A stretch of 58,733 nucleotides of DNA. Origin: a virus (lineage: Duplodnaviria; Caudoviricetes). Position 1 is the stretch's first letter; each line of letters begins with the position of its first letter. This document shows, in pieces, positions 1 to 9,675 of the stretch. The translations under genes and the position numbers were made by a program. The DNA lies in the IMG/VR virus record IMGVR_UViG_3300046792_000073, positions 1-58,733 of that record; one strand, 5' to 3'. The notes under the pieces were generated by a model. That model was not told the origin of the DNA, searched no databases, and worked only from the letters and a program-made list of their open reading frames with translations.

Positions 1-170
1 ACCCGGCGCCTTTTTTCTCCCCGTTTGGTGGCCTGTTCGCACCGTGGCCGAGGGTGACCGGGGGTTACAGCGGGTTGCGGGGGTGTTTGGGGAGCTTGCC
101 GGGGGTCTGGCGGGGCGGGTTTGCCGCGCCGGCTCGGCTGGGCTGGTCGTGTGGCGTTACCCTGGCGATC

Positions 171-503
171 ATGGGTGAGCGTCTGCGGTTTTCAGCGGCC
201 GGGCTGCCGGCTGGCCTGGCGTGCGATCCTGACACGGGCGGGATCTCCGGGGTGCCTGAGGGGCCGGGGATCTCGTCGGCGACGGTGACCGGGCGCGGGT
301 ACTACGTGGCCGATGAGCGGTTCCCGCCGGGGACGGCGGTGACGATCTCGGATTTCGCCGAGGGCGACTGGCATGTGTGCCGGGACTGGCCCGAGCATGT
401 GCCCGAGATCTGCCGGGCGCCGCTGGTGCATATCGCGGGGACCGGGGCGGATGGGGTCGTCGGGGAGGCGTGGGTGCAGGCGTCGCGGCTGGCGGCCCGG
501 TGA
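171..503 (+). CDS. Small protein with N-terminal putative Ig (He_PIG)-like motif
   Basis: ATG at 171, in frame with ORF 54..503; FSAAGLPAGLACDPDTGGISGVP matches the GLPxGLxxxxxTGxISGxP He_PIG signature; stop overlaps the next start (GTGA). Confidence 0.6.
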   Translation: MGERLRFSAAGLPAGLACDPDTGGISGVPEGPGISSATVTGRGYYVADERFPPGTAVTISDFAEGDWHVCRDWPEHVPEICRAPLVHIAGTGADGVVGEAWVQASRLAAR

Positions 504-1006
504 CGGCGTCCCGGCTCAAGCAGGCCGAGGTCGCCGACCGGCGCCGCCGGCTGCTCGCCGCGTTGTCGAGCGGGATGACGATCGAGCAGATCGCCGGCGC
601 CGACCCCGAGGATGAGCGCACCGCGTGGGTTGCGGTGTTCGGCGGGTCGCCGGGGCGGGTGGCGCAGGAGGCGCGGCGGGCGCTTGAGCAGGCGGCGGCC
701 AACGATGCGGAGATCGCCGACCGGTATGTGACTCTTGAGCTTGAGCGGCTCGCCGCTGCGGAGCGGCGGGTGCAGCAGATCCTGATCCGCGCGTCGGACG
801 CCCGCGACGGTTTGCTGGCGTTGCGGGCGGTTGACCGGGTGATCCGGCTGTCCGAGCGCCGGTCGGAACTGCTCGCCCTGAATGCGGACAGGTCGAGGCG
901 GAACCCGGCCGGGCCGGCGCCGGCCGAGGATGACCGGGATGACCTGGCGCGGCGCCGGGCCGAGCGCCGGTCGGCGGCCCGGCTGGCGGCGGCGCAGCGG
1001 GGGTGA
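500..1006 (+). CDS. terS: Terminase small subunit (HTH-type)
   Basis: Directly upstream of and coupled to the large terminase; N-terminal RRRLLAALSSGMTIEQIA HTH-like segment; helical RLSERRSELLAL tail. Confidence 0.7.
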   Translation: MTASRLKQAEVADRRRRLLAALSSGMTIEQIAGADPEDERTAWVAVFGGSPGRVAQEARRALEQAAANDAEIADRYVTLELERLAAAERRVQQILIRASDARDGLLALRAVDRVIRLSERRSELLALNADRSRRNPAGPAPAEDDRDDLARRRAERRSAARLAAAQRG

Positions 1007-2787
1007 CTGTCCTCGACGTGCCGGCCGGGTGGCTGGGCGACCCGTGGGCCGAACTGCCGGCCGAGTTCGCGCCGCTGGCGCCGTATATCCCCCCGGGTGA
1101 CCCGTTCGGCACGTCGATGTTCGGGGTGCAGCGGCCGGCGTATTTCACCTGCCCGCAGTGGGTGACCAGCGCCGGCGGGGAGTGCATGGAAAAGGCCGCC
1201 GAGGCGGGCCTGGTCCTGGACCCGTGGGAGGCGTGGTTCCTGATCCACGCCCTCGGCGAGACCGAGCAGGGCCGCTGGGCGAGCTTCGCTGTCAAGCTGA
1301 TCTGTAGCAGGCAAAACGGCAAAGGCGCGATCCTTGAGGCCCGGGAACTGGGCGGCCTGTTCGTGTTCGGCGAGGAACTGATGATCCATTCGGCGCACCG
1401 GTTCAACACCGCCCAAGAGCAGTACCTGCGGATCCTGACCAGGATTGAGAACACGCGGTCGATGATCCGCAAGGTGGCCCGGATTCCCGCCTCGCACGGC
1501 GAGGAAGGCATCGAACTGTTCCCGACGCCGACGATCATCACCGGGTCCGGGGCCAGGGACGTGACCGTGTCGAGGACGCCGCGGTTGCGGTTCCTGGCCC
1601 GGTCCAAGTCGGCCGCTAGGGGGTTCACCGGGGACCTGATCGTGCTGGATGAGGACATGGTCCTCGACGCCGACGACTGCGCGGCGATGATCCCGTCGGT
1701 GAGCGCGCGGGGCCGGCTGACCCAGGCCGGCCCGCAGATCTGGTACATGGGCTCGGCGGGGATCGGGAAGGAATCGACCCAGTCGGCCAAGGTGCGCCGC
1801 AACGGGATGCGCGGCGGCACGAGCCTGTGTTTCGCCGAGTTCTCGGTGATCCTGCACGACGAGTATTGCCCCCGGGACTGCCAGGTCCCCGGCCACCTGG
1901 ACCCCTACGACGAGGCGACGATCGCCGCCGCGAACCCCGGGTACGGGCTGCGCCTTGAGCATGAGATCGCCGTGGCGACCCGCGACAACCTGGGTATCGA
2001 GAAGTGGGCGCAGGAAGTCCTCGGCGTGGGAAACTACCCGTCGGCCGAGGACGCGTTCGCGGTGTTCAGCGAGCGCATGTGGGACGCTATCCGGGTGCGG
2101 GACGGCATCCGCCCGGAACGGCCGGTCGCCGCGATCGACGTCGCCCCCGAGCGGGCCAGCGCCGCGATCGGGGTGTGCGGGATGCGGCCCGACGGCCGGC
2201 GTGCGGTCGAGGTCGCCGACCACCGGCGCGGCGCCGGCTGGGTCGTCGATGCAGCCGTGGGGATCAACCACCGGCGCGGGCCGATGACGTGGGTTGTGGA
2301 CCCGAGGACGGACGCCGGGTCGCTGATCGGCGACCTTGAGGACGCCGGCCTGCGGGTCGAGCAGATGCGGGCGATGGACGTCGCGCAGGCGTTCGGCCAG
2401 TTCTATGACGCGGTGCGGGCGCAGCCCCCGGAGGTCGCCGAGTACGGCGACCCGGCTGTCCGCAAGGCCGTCGGCGGGGCGGACACGAGGCGGATCAGCG
2501 AGGGCCGTGGGTGGGACCGGATCAGCGCGGCGATTGACATCACGACGATCGTCGCGGTCACGAATGCGCACTGGGGGCACAAGCGGTTCGGCGGCGATCT
2601 TGACTACGATGTGGGCGAGTCGGTCGGGTATGACGTGACTGAGGTCATCCGGTACGTCAAGATGGGCGTGTACGGCCCGACCGACCTGATGCGCTTGGCG
2701 TCGCTGGGGATTCTCAGGGCAGCCGACCTGGGCGCGATCGAGCAGGCCGGCATCGTATTGCCGGCTGGGCTCGCTGTGCGCGACTGA
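1003..2787 (+). CDS. terL: Terminase large subunit
   Basis: LDPWE Q-motif region, Walker A SRQNGKG, Walker B LIVLDE, ANPGYG, nuclease AIDVAP. Confidence 0.95.
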   Translation: MTVLDVPAGWLGDPWAELPAEFAPLAPYIPPGDPFGTSMFGVQRPAYFTCPQWVTSAGGECMEKAAEAGLVLDPWEAWFLIHALGETEQGRWASFAVKLICSRQNGKGAILEARELGGLFVFGEELMIHSAHRFNTAQEQYLRILTRIENTRSMIRKVARIPASHGEEGIELFPTPTIITGSGARDVTVSRTPRLRFLARSKSAARGFTGDLIVLDEDMVLDADDCAAMIPSVSARGRLTQAGPQIWYMGSAGIGKESTQSAKVRRNGMRGGTSLCFAEFSVILHDEYCPRDCQVPGHLDPYDEATIAAANPGYGLRLEHEIAVATRDNLGIEKWAQEVLGVGNYPSAEDAFAVFSERMWDAIRVRDGIRPERPVAAIDVAPERASAAIGVCGMRPDGRRAVEVADHRRGAGWVVDAAVGINHRRGPMTWVVDPRTDAGSLIGDLEDAGLRVEQMRAMDVAQAFGQFYDAVRAQPPEVAEYGDPAVRKAVGGADTRRISEGRGWDRISAAIDITTIVAVTNAHWGHKRFGGDLDYDVGESVGYDVTEVIRYVKMGVYGPTDLMRLASLGILRAADLGAIEQAGIVLPAGLAVRD

Positions 2788-2797
2788 GGGAGGCTAG

Positions 2798-3076
2798 ATG
2801 GTGGCGGACGTCCACGCACTAGGGGCCGGGGACTCTCGCCCGTCAGGTGTCAAGAATTGGTTGACGGCCAAGGGGCGGCCGTGGGCGGCGGGTGCGTGGG
2901 GGAAGGTCAAGGCGTCCACGACGATCAGGGCGCTTCCTGGCGTGACGGCGATGATCGCCTGGTCGTGCTCGGTCGGGGGGGCGGTCAACTACTTCGCCCA
3001 CGGGCTCGGCGTGTGGGCCGGGCTCGGCGTGTTCGCGTGGTTCATGACCCGCCTCGACTCGCGTATCGGCAGCTAG
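2798..3076 (+). CDS. Small membrane protein
   Basis: RBS gggagg; two hydrophobic segments; typical position between terminase and portal. Confidence 0.7.
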   Translation: MVADVHALGAGDSRPSGVKNWLTAKGRPWAAGAWGKVKASTTIRALPGVTAMIAWSCSVGGAVNYFAHGLGVWAGLGVFAWFMTRLDSRIGS

Positions 3077-3081
3077 CCCCC

Positions 3082-3351
3082 GTGTGCGGCGAGGAACTGC
3101 TGACCGAGGCGCAGCGCCAGGCCGCGACCGAGGCGATCGAGGCCCGGGTCGCCGAGATCCTCGGCGACGTGGCCGCCTGGCAGCCGCTGGGGTTCGTGCC
3201 TGAGGCGTTCAAGGCGCCGCCGGTGTTCACCGCGAGCTACGACCTCGGGTGCCGGATCTGCTCGTCGGCCGGCTGGTCCTCGTGCCCGGCGCACGGCCCG
3301 TTCCGGCCGGTCCCCGATTCTCTGCCGTTCCGGTCGATCGGGGGCTGCTAG
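3082..3351 (+). CDS. Hypothetical protein (C-terminal CxxC...CPxH)
   Basis: GTG at 3082 in frame with ORF 2857..3351; fills the gap up to the portal. Confidence 0.55.
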   Translation: MCGEELLTEAQRQAATEAIEARVAEILGDVAAWQPLGFVPEAFKAPPVFTASYDLGCRICSSAGWSSCPAHGPFRPVPDSLPFRSIGGC

Positions 3352-4728
3352 GTGGGTGTGTTCTCCGGGCCGAGGTCGGTGACCGGCAAGCAGGTCCGGG
3401 CGTCCGACCCGGGGCCGACGTTCGGCATGTGGGGCATCAGTTCGCCGATGGACCTGATCCCGACCCGCCCGTTTCAGCGGCTCGGCCCGACCGTCACCCA
3501 GGACACCGCCATGCGGCACTCGGCGGTGTGGCGGGCGCTCACCCTGCGCGCCGACATGGAATCGACCCTGCCGCTGCTGCCGTACACGATGGTCGCCGGG
3601 GAGCAGGTCCAACTGTCCTACACGCCGATGATCCTGTCGGCGCCCGGCGGCCCGGAAGTGCCGATCGAGGAATACCTGTACTCGTCGCGGCTGGACCTGG
3701 ACCGGGCCGGGAACCACATCGCGATCATCACCGAGGTCAACGGGTACGGGCAGCCGGCCAAACTTGAGGCGCAGCCGTCGCAGGAATGCACGGTGCTGGT
3801 CCGGGGCGGGAAGCTGTGGAAGTACCGGATCGCCGGGAAACTGTATGACCCGGAGATGATCTGGCACGAAAAGCAGTACACAAGCTCGGGCCTGTACGTC
3901 GGCCTGTCGCCGGTCGCCTACGCCGCCTGGTCGCTGGGCCTGTACCTGAATGTGCAGGAGTTCGCGACGAACTGGTTTGCCCAGGGCGGCATCCCCAAGG
4001 CCCGGCTAAAGAACACGGCCAAGGTGATCCCGCCGGGGCAGACGGCGGTGATCAAGGAGGCGTGGCGGGCGTCGATCTCGGCCGGTGAGCCGTTCGTCCA
4101 TGGCAGCGACTGGGACTACGAACTGATGCAAGCCCAGGAAGCATCGGCGGACTGGCTTGACGCGATGGCCGCCACCGTCCCCGACGTGGCCCGGTTCATG
4201 AATGTGCCGGTGGACATGATCGACGGCACCCCGACCGGGGCCCGCACCGGCCGCACCGACCTGACGTATGCCAACATCGGGCAGCGCAACGCGCAGTTCC
4301 TGGTGCTGCACCTGTCCCCGGCGCTGGTCCGCCGGGAACGGAAGTGGTCGGCGGGGCTGCTGCCGGCCCGGCAGTTCTGCCAGTTCGTGCCCGACGAACT
4401 GTTCCGCATGGACCCGATGGCCAAGGCCCTGTTTCAGCGGGCCAGGATCGACGCGCGCACCCTCGCCCCGTCCGAGGCCCGCGAGGACTGGGGACTGCCG
4501 GCGCTCACCGCGGCGCAGGTCGCCGAGTTCGACCATTTCTGGCCGCCGGTGGGGAACGTGCAAGGCGAGGGGCCGTACCCGGAAGGTTCCGGCCCGGGGG
4601 AGGACCCGTCCGAGGACCCGACCGACCCGATCGACCCCGGCGGCGACCAATCGGCGTCGCTGGGCAACCCGTTCACCGCCCGGGAGCTTCCCGGCCGGCG
4701 CCGGCTGGCCATCGGGGCCGGCCGCTAA
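3352..4728 (+). CDS. HK97-family portal protein
   Basis: AMRHSAVWRA...STLPL, GLSPV, WFAQGGIP, VARFMNVP, YANI motifs. Confidence 0.95.
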   Translation: MGVFSGPRSVTGKQVRASDPGPTFGMWGISSPMDLIPTRPFQRLGPTVTQDTAMRHSAVWRALTLRADMESTLPLLPYTMVAGEQVQLSYTPMILSAPGGPEVPIEEYLYSSRLDLDRAGNHIAIITEVNGYGQPAKLEAQPSQECTVLVRGGKLWKYRIAGKLYDPEMIWHEKQYTSSGLYVGLSPVAYAAWSLGLYLNVQEFATNWFAQGGIPKARLKNTAKVIPPGQTAVIKEAWRASISAGEPFVHGSDWDYELMQAQEASADWLDAMAATVPDVARFMNVPVDMIDGTPTGARTGRTDLTYANIGQRNAQFLVLHLSPALVRRERKWSAGLLPARQFCQFVPDELFRMDPMAKALFQRARIDARTLAPSEAREDWGLPALTAAQVAEFDHFWPPVGNVQGEGPYPEGSGPGEDPSEDPTDPIDPGGDQSASLGNPFTARELPGRRRLAIGAGR

Positions 4729-4746
4729 ACGAAGGAAAGGACTGTC

Positions 4747-5598
4747 ATGGCCGGAACCCCTCCCGAGGCGGGACGCGCCGAGCACTTCGCCGAGGACGCC
4801 GCCGGGCTGCGCGCAGCCGGCGCCCAGGCCCGCGCCGATCACATGCCCGGCCGCCGGGGCAAGCCTGACGACGGCGCGCGGATGGCGACGTTCCGCGCCC
4901 AGTTCCGGCACGAGCCGGTGGTCGTCGCCGGGAAGGAACTGCGGCGCCTCGACGGGTACGCCAGCGTCGTCGAGCAGCCGTATTCGATGTGGGACATGTG
5001 GGGCGAGTACACCGAGGAGATCGCCGCGACGGCGTTCGACGCGACCCTCGCCGCCGGCCCCGACGTGGCGTTCCTGACCAACCACCGGGGCGTGACGATG
5101 GCCCGCACCAAGGGCGGGACCCCGACGCTGACCCTCGACGCCGACCCGCGCGGCCTGCACATGGAAGCCCTGGTGAACCCGGCCCGCACCGACGTGCGGG
5201 ATCTGCTGACCGCGATCGACGACGAGAACATCACCGAGATGTCGTTCGCGTTCATGATCCTCGACTGGGAATGGAACGAGGATTACGACCAGTGCCGGAT
5301 CAACTCGGTGGACCTGGACCGGGGCGACGTGTCGGCGGTGAACTTCGGCGCCAACCCGTACACGTCGATCGCGGCCCGGTCGCAGGAGGTCATGGGCCTG
5401 CTGCCGCACCTGCCCGACGGGGTCGCCCGCGCCGCCATGAGCACCCTCGGCCGGCAACTGGGCATCCCCGTCCACACGATCGAGCGGCTGTCCACCCAGG
5501 CCGCGCAGGCGCGTGCCGCAGCGGACCCGGACCCGGTCGAGGCCGCGTCCCGGGGCCGGTCGGTGGCGCTGGTTGAGCGGCTGCTCGACCTCGACTGA
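4747..5598 (+). CDS. HK97 prohead (capsid maturation) protease
   Basis: GYASV, FLTNH, MART, DPRGL, EMSFAF, DVSAVNFGANP motifs; RBS aaggaaagg. Confidence 0.92.
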   Translation: MAGTPPEAGRAEHFAEDAAGLRAAGAQARADHMPGRRGKPDDGARMATFRAQFRHEPVVVAGKELRRLDGYASVVEQPYSMWDMWGEYTEEIAATAFDATLAAGPDVAFLTNHRGVTMARTKGGTPTLTLDADPRGLHMEALVNPARTDVRDLLTAIDDENITEMSFAFMILDWEWNEDYDQCRINSVDLDRGDVSAVNFGANPYTSIAARSQEVMGLLPHLPDGVARAAMSTLGRQLGIPVHTIERLSTQAAQARAAADPDPVEAASRGRSVALVERLLDLD

Positions 5599-5615
5599 CC
5601 GGTCCGCCCGGTCGG

Positions 5616-5654
5616 GCTCGCGGCGCGGCGGTGCTGTCCTGCCGCGCCGCGAGC
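5616..5654 (+). terminator. Perfect 14-bp hairpin after the protease (terminator or processing stem)
   Basis: GCTCGCGGCGCGGC (5616-5629) pairs with GCCGCGCCGCGAGC (5641-5654); followed by TATGTATGAT, which is -10-like. Confidence 0.55.
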
Positions 5655-5685
5655 TATGTATGATCAGCGACTAGGAACTGCCGGC

Positions 5686-5768
5686 GCCGGCAATCAGACC
5701 GGCGGCATGTGGCAATCAGACCTCTCCGGTGTCCTGTACGGCGCCGCACGGCCGGCTATCAGACCGGC
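5686..5768 (+). repeat. Three GGC(A/T)ATCAGACC repeats in the capsid leader
   Basis: Copies at 5689-5700, 5711-5722 and 5754-5765; copies 1 and 3 sit in GCCGG/CCGGC stems. Confidence 0.8.
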
Positions 5769-5818
5769 GATCTGGGCGGCGAGTCCACGGCATCCCAGCA
5801 CACCCGAGAGGCACAGTC

Positions 5819-7279
5819 ATGCCGGTATTCGTCGATGACCTGATCAACGGCATCGAAGTCGAGCTTGAGCAGGCGCAGCGGCAGCGCGACAAGGCGCAGC
5901 ACGAGATCAAGATCATCCTTGAAAGGTCCCGGCAGGCGGGTGAGGCGACCCTGTCCGCCGAGGACGACCAGCGGGTCGAGGACCTGTTCCGGTCGCGGGA
6001 CAAGCTCAAGGCCGACATCCGGGGCATCGAGAACCGGCTCAACCAGGCCAAGCGGGCCAAGGCCGAGGAACTTGAGGCCGCCGAGATCCAGGCCGAGCGC
6101 GACGCGAACCCGGCCGCGGTGCGGGTGATGCCCGCCGACCGCAGGAACACTGACCGGGCCGCGTCGGTGTCCGTGGGCCGCAACGAGCGCACCTACCGCC
6201 CGGACACTGACAAGAAGGGCGTCCGGTTCCTGTCCGACGTCACCCGGGCCATGATCTTCAACGACCCGGAGGCGGCGAACCGGCTCGCCTCGCACATGGC
6301 CGAGGAAAGGATCGAGCGCGGCGACAAGCTGATGCGCGCCGCCGGCGACTCGACGACCGCGAACTGGGCCGGCCTGACCGTCCCCCAGTACCTCACCGAC
6401 ATGTACGCGCCGGCCGTGGCCGCGATGCGGCCGTTCGCCGACATCTGCAACCACCACGACCTCCCCGCCAACGGGATGACGGTCAACATTTCCCTGGTCA
6501 CGACCCCGTCGGCCGTCGGGTTGCAGGCGTCCGAGCTTCCCGCCGGCGTCACCGCCCAGTCGATCGACGACACGCTGCTGACCGAGAACGTGCAGACCGC
6601 CGCCGGGCAGGTCACCCTGTCCCGCCAGGCGATCGACCGGGGCACCGGCATCGAGGAAGTCACGATGCAGGACCTGTTCCGCCGGTACGCCACCAACCTC
6701 GACTCGACGCTGATCAACCAGGCCACGACCGGCCTGTCGGCGCTGGCGGTGGCCAACAACTTCACGACCACGTACAACGTGCAGAACTTCTACTCCAAGA
6801 TCATGGGCGCGGCGGCCGGGGTCGAGGCGGCGCTGCTCGCCCAGGCCAATCCGACGCATGTGATCATGTACTCGACGCGGTGGTGGAACCTGGCCGCGCA
6901 GGTGTCGGCAAACTTCCCGTTCATCAACGTCATGGGCGCGGCGATGCCGTGGCAGGGCGGCGCGATGGACCCGAACAGCACCTACCAGACCGGGATCCGT
7001 GGCCGGCTCCCGTCGGGGCTGCTGGTGGTGTCCGACAACAACGTGCCGAACAACCTGGGCGCCTCCACCAACCAGGACGAGGTCTACGTCGTCGCCAGCG
7101 ACGAATGCCACCTGTGGGAGGACCCCGACGCCCCGGTGTTCATCCGCGCCGAGCAGCCCAAGGCCGCCCAGCTTGGCGTCCTGCTGGTCCTGTACGGGTA
7201 CTTCGCCTACAGCTTCCGGCGGTACGCCTCGGCGGTCCAGAAGGTCTCGGGCACCAGCCTGACGACCCCGTCGTTCTGA
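5819..7279 (+). CDS. Major capsid protein (HK97 fold, N-terminal coiled-coil delta domain)
   Basis: ATG 5819 after gagagg; coiled-coil N-terminus; GLTVPQYL, TAAGQVTLSRQAIDR, LYGYFA typical of actinophage capsids. Confidence 0.93.
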   Translation: MPVFVDDLINGIEVELEQAQRQRDKAQHEIKIILERSRQAGEATLSAEDDQRVEDLFRSRDKLKADIRGIENRLNQAKRAKAEELEAAEIQAERDANPAAVRVMPADRRNTDRAASVSVGRNERTYRPDTDKKGVRFLSDVTRAMIFNDPEAANRLASHMAEERIERGDKLMRAAGDSTTANWAGLTVPQYLTDMYAPAVAAMRPFADICNHHDLPANGMTVNISLVTTPSAVGLQASELPAGVTAQSIDDTLLTENVQTAAGQVTLSRQAIDRGTGIEEVTMQDLFRRYATNLDSTLINQATTGLSALAVANNFTTTYNVQNFYSKIMGAAAGVEAALLAQANPTHVIMYSTRWWNLAAQVSANFPFINVMGAAMPWQGGAMDPNSTYQTGIRGRLPSGLLVVSDNNVPNNLGASTNQDEVYVVASDECHLWEDPDAPVFIRAEQPKAAQLGVLLVLYGYFAYSFRRYASAVQKVSGTSLTTPSF

Positions 7280-7310
7280 CCCGGTAACAATTAGGGGCCG
7301 AGGGGTCGCG

Positions 7311-7841
7311 GTGCTCGTCGTCCGGGCGTGGCCGGATCACCCGCCGGCCGGCCGTCCGCACATCGTGGACGGCTGGCCGAGGGTGCCGGTCGACGACTAC
7401 GACTACCGGGCACTGGCCAGCGTCGGCGAGAACGTCATCTCAATGGACTGGGACACCGCCTGCTCGGCCGAGGACCTGCGGCACTTCGCCGCGCAGGCGG
7501 CCGAGCAGCCGGCCGAGATCCTCGTCGCCCCCGTCCGCACCTACTACGGCCCCACACCAGGGCAGTGGAACCTCGCCACGATCGACGGGACCATCCTGCC
7601 GACCGGGGCACCCGTGGCCGACGTCTTCGGATTCGGCCTGGTCTACCTGCCGCGCGCCCGGCTCGCCGCGTTCACCGCGGCGAACCCGGGGGCCCGGCTG
7701 ATCGACCCGGTGTTCTCTAGCTGGCACTACGAGACCACCGGCAGGGGGGTGCGGGTGTGCTGGTCGGTGCGGCCGGTGCACCTGCACTACCCCGACGCCA
7801 TCAGCGGTCGCCTGACGATGGGAGAGGCCCGTGCCGCTTGA
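7311..7841 (+). CDS. Putative minimal GT-A-fold glycosyltransferase
   Basis: VISMDWD (DxD), ILVAP, FGFGLVYLPR, IDPVFS, VRPVHLHY follow the motif order of short phage GT2-like proteins. Confidence 0.55.
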   Translation: MLVVRAWPDHPPAGRPHIVDGWPRVPVDDYDYRALASVGENVISMDWDTACSAEDLRHFAAQAAEQPAEILVAPVRTYYGPTPGQWNLATIDGTILPTGAPVADVFGFGLVYLPRARLAAFTAANPGARLIDPVFSSWHYETTGRGVRVCWSVRPVHLHYPDAISGRLTMGEARAA

Positions 7842-8148
7842 CAGGGACGAACGTGACAAGATCCGCGACCGGTACGCCGACGACGGCCGGCGCGGCCAGG
7901 TCGAGCAGGCCGCCTCGGCGTACCTGACGGCCCGCGAGCTAGGGCAGGTGACCGCGATGGACGACGCACGGAACCGGATGGCCGCGCTCGGGTATGAGTC
8001 CGACGCCGCCGCCAAGGACCGGAAGGCCCAGGCCGCCGAGGACCGCAAGCAGGCCGCCGCCGACACGCCGGACAAGGGCGAGCCCAAGGGCAAGGGGCCG
8101 GCGCCGGCGCAGACCGGGACCCGGGGCCGCGCCACCAGGGGCGGCTGA
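7831..8148 (+). CDS. Hypothetical head-module protein
   Basis: Coupled ORF; charged, low-complexity C-terminus. Confidence 0.7.
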   Translation: MPLDRDERDKIRDRYADDGRRGQVEQAASAYLTARELGQVTAMDDARNRMAALGYESDAAAKDRKAQAAEDRKQAAADTPDKGEPKGKGPAPAQTGTRGRATRGG

Positions 8149-8149
8149 C

Positions 8150-8620
8150 ATGTACACGGTCACCTGCCCGCAGTCGGGGCTGTCGGCGGTGGTGTCGTGC
8201 GGCTGCCACCTGGTGGGCCACCCGGTGGCCGAGACCGGCGAGCATCACGCCCGGTGCCAGATGGCGAACTTGACGTCGAACCTGGCCTGCCCGCCCGCGT
8301 CCGGGTGCTGCCAGGAGGACCACGACCACGAGGCGGCGGCGAACGCGTGCCCCGGCGGTCACGGCGACTGCCCCGACCCGGGATCGTGCGCGCTGCACGC
8401 GTCGGTGCGGGCGCACTACCGGGCCACCCTCGACGCCCACCGGGCCCATGTCGAGGCCGGCGGCCAGGACCGGCACGCGATCGAGGACCTGGCCGAGCCG
8501 CCGCCCTCGTGCCCCGGCGGGCACTGCCATGTGGCCCTGCCCGACTGCACCGTATGCCACCCGGTGATCATCACAGCCGGGATCGGGACCGCGGTACTGC
8601 GGCCGGTGGCTGCGGCATGA
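8150..8620 (+). CDS. Cys/His-rich putative metal-binding protein
   Basis: ATG 8150; 14 Cys and many His; CPGGH occurs twice. Confidence 0.7.
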   Translation: MYTVTCPQSGLSAVVSCGCHLVGHPVAETGEHHARCQMANLTSNLACPPASGCCQEDHDHEAAANACPGGHGDCPDPGSCALHASVRAHYRATLDAHRAHVEAGGQDRHAIEDLAEPPPSCPGGHCHVALPDCTVCHPVIITAGIGTAVLRPVAAA

Positions 8621-9096
8621 GGGGCGCATGGGCGGCGGCCCGGCTGATCCTCGCGTGGGCGCTGTTCCTGGCGTTCGCCGCCCTGGACCAGACCCAGGCG
8701 CAAAAGGTCATGACCTACCTGACGACCTCGACCGCGCCGGCCGCCCTGACAACCGGGTTCCGCATCCGCCTGGACTCGGGCACCGCGACCGCGTCGGCGG
8801 CCGGGACCGAGATCACCGGCACCGGGTACACCGCCGGCGGGCAGACCTCGACGGCGCCGTTCTTCACCACGGCGACCACCGCCTCCCCGTCGGTCACGAC
8901 GTGCCCGCACACGGCCGTGCTGTCGTGGACCAACGGCTCGGGCGGGAACTGGTCGATCCAGTCCCTCGACGTGAACGACGGCGCCGGCTCCCCGATCCGC
9001 ACCATGTTCGGCAACTGGAATGGCGCCCCTGTGGTCGTCGCCAACGGCAACACATTCCAGGTCGCCCTCGACGCGATCTCGGCGCAGGGGTCCTGA
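8617..9096 (+). CDS. Virion structural / minor tail protein
   Basis: GTEITGTGY...W.I....D...MFG...VVANGNTFQ pattern of a widespread small tail-protein family; hydrophobic N-terminal extension. Confidence 0.7.
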   Translation: MRGAWAAARLILAWALFLAFAALDQTQAQKVMTYLTTSTAPAALTTGFRIRLDSGTATASAAGTEITGTGYTAGGQTSTAPFFTTATTASPSVTTCPHTAVLSWTNGSGGNWSIQSLDVNDGAGSPIRTMFGNWNGAPVVVANGNTFQVALDAISAQGS

Positions 9097-9099
9097 CCG

Positions 9100-9657
9100 G
9101 TGGGCGTCCTGTGGACCTACCCGCCGTCTGAGGGGGGCCTGGCGCGGGCGGCCGGCGCGGCGGTCACCGCCGCCGCGCTGACCGCCGGGACGCCCACGCC
9201 GCCGCCGATCCTGCCCAGGATCAACCTGCCCGGGGCCAAGCTGCTCGTCGAGGCCGACCTGGAAATGACCTCCACGTCGGCGACGCCGACGCTGACGATC
9301 GGCCTGTACCTGGGCGCGGTCGGCGGGGCGATCGGCTCGGCGACCGTCCTGCTGGTCTCGGCGGCGAACGCCCTGTCAGCGTCGGCGGCGGCGTGGCCGA
9401 TCAAGCTCCGCTACCGGGGCCGGTTCCAAGACATCGGCACGGCGGTGACGATGCAGGGAACCGCCGAACTGCTCTACTCCACGTCGCTGACCGCCTGGAC
9501 CTCGACGCCGCTGCCGCAAACAGCCGCCGCCCGGGTCACCGCGGCGACGATCAACACCGAGCAGAACAACCAGCTAGACGTCGGCATCACCCTGTCAGCG
9601 ACGACCGGCTCGCCGTCGGTCACGGTCACGGACCTGCACGCGATCTTGTCCGGCTGA
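9100..9657 (+). CDS. Virion structural protein
   Basis: Ala/Thr-rich beta-type ORF in the structural operon. Confidence 0.7.
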   Translation: MGVLWTYPPSEGGLARAAGAAVTAAALTAGTPTPPPILPRINLPGAKLLVEADLEMTSTSATPTLTIGLYLGAVGGAIGSATVLLVSAANALSASAAAWPIKLRYRGRFQDIGTAVTMQGTAELLYSTSLTAWTSTPLPQTAAARVTAATINTEQNNQLDVGITLSATTGSPSVTVTDLHAILSG

Positions 9658-9675
9658 CCCGGGAGGGCGGCCCCG

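Noticed and set aside
169-2580. Long antisense and alternate-frame ORFs (for example 169..2580 -, 16601..19018 -, 4006..5475 -)
   Set aside because: Shadow ORFs of high-GC codon bias opposite clear genes; Arg/Pro/Gly-rich with no motifs
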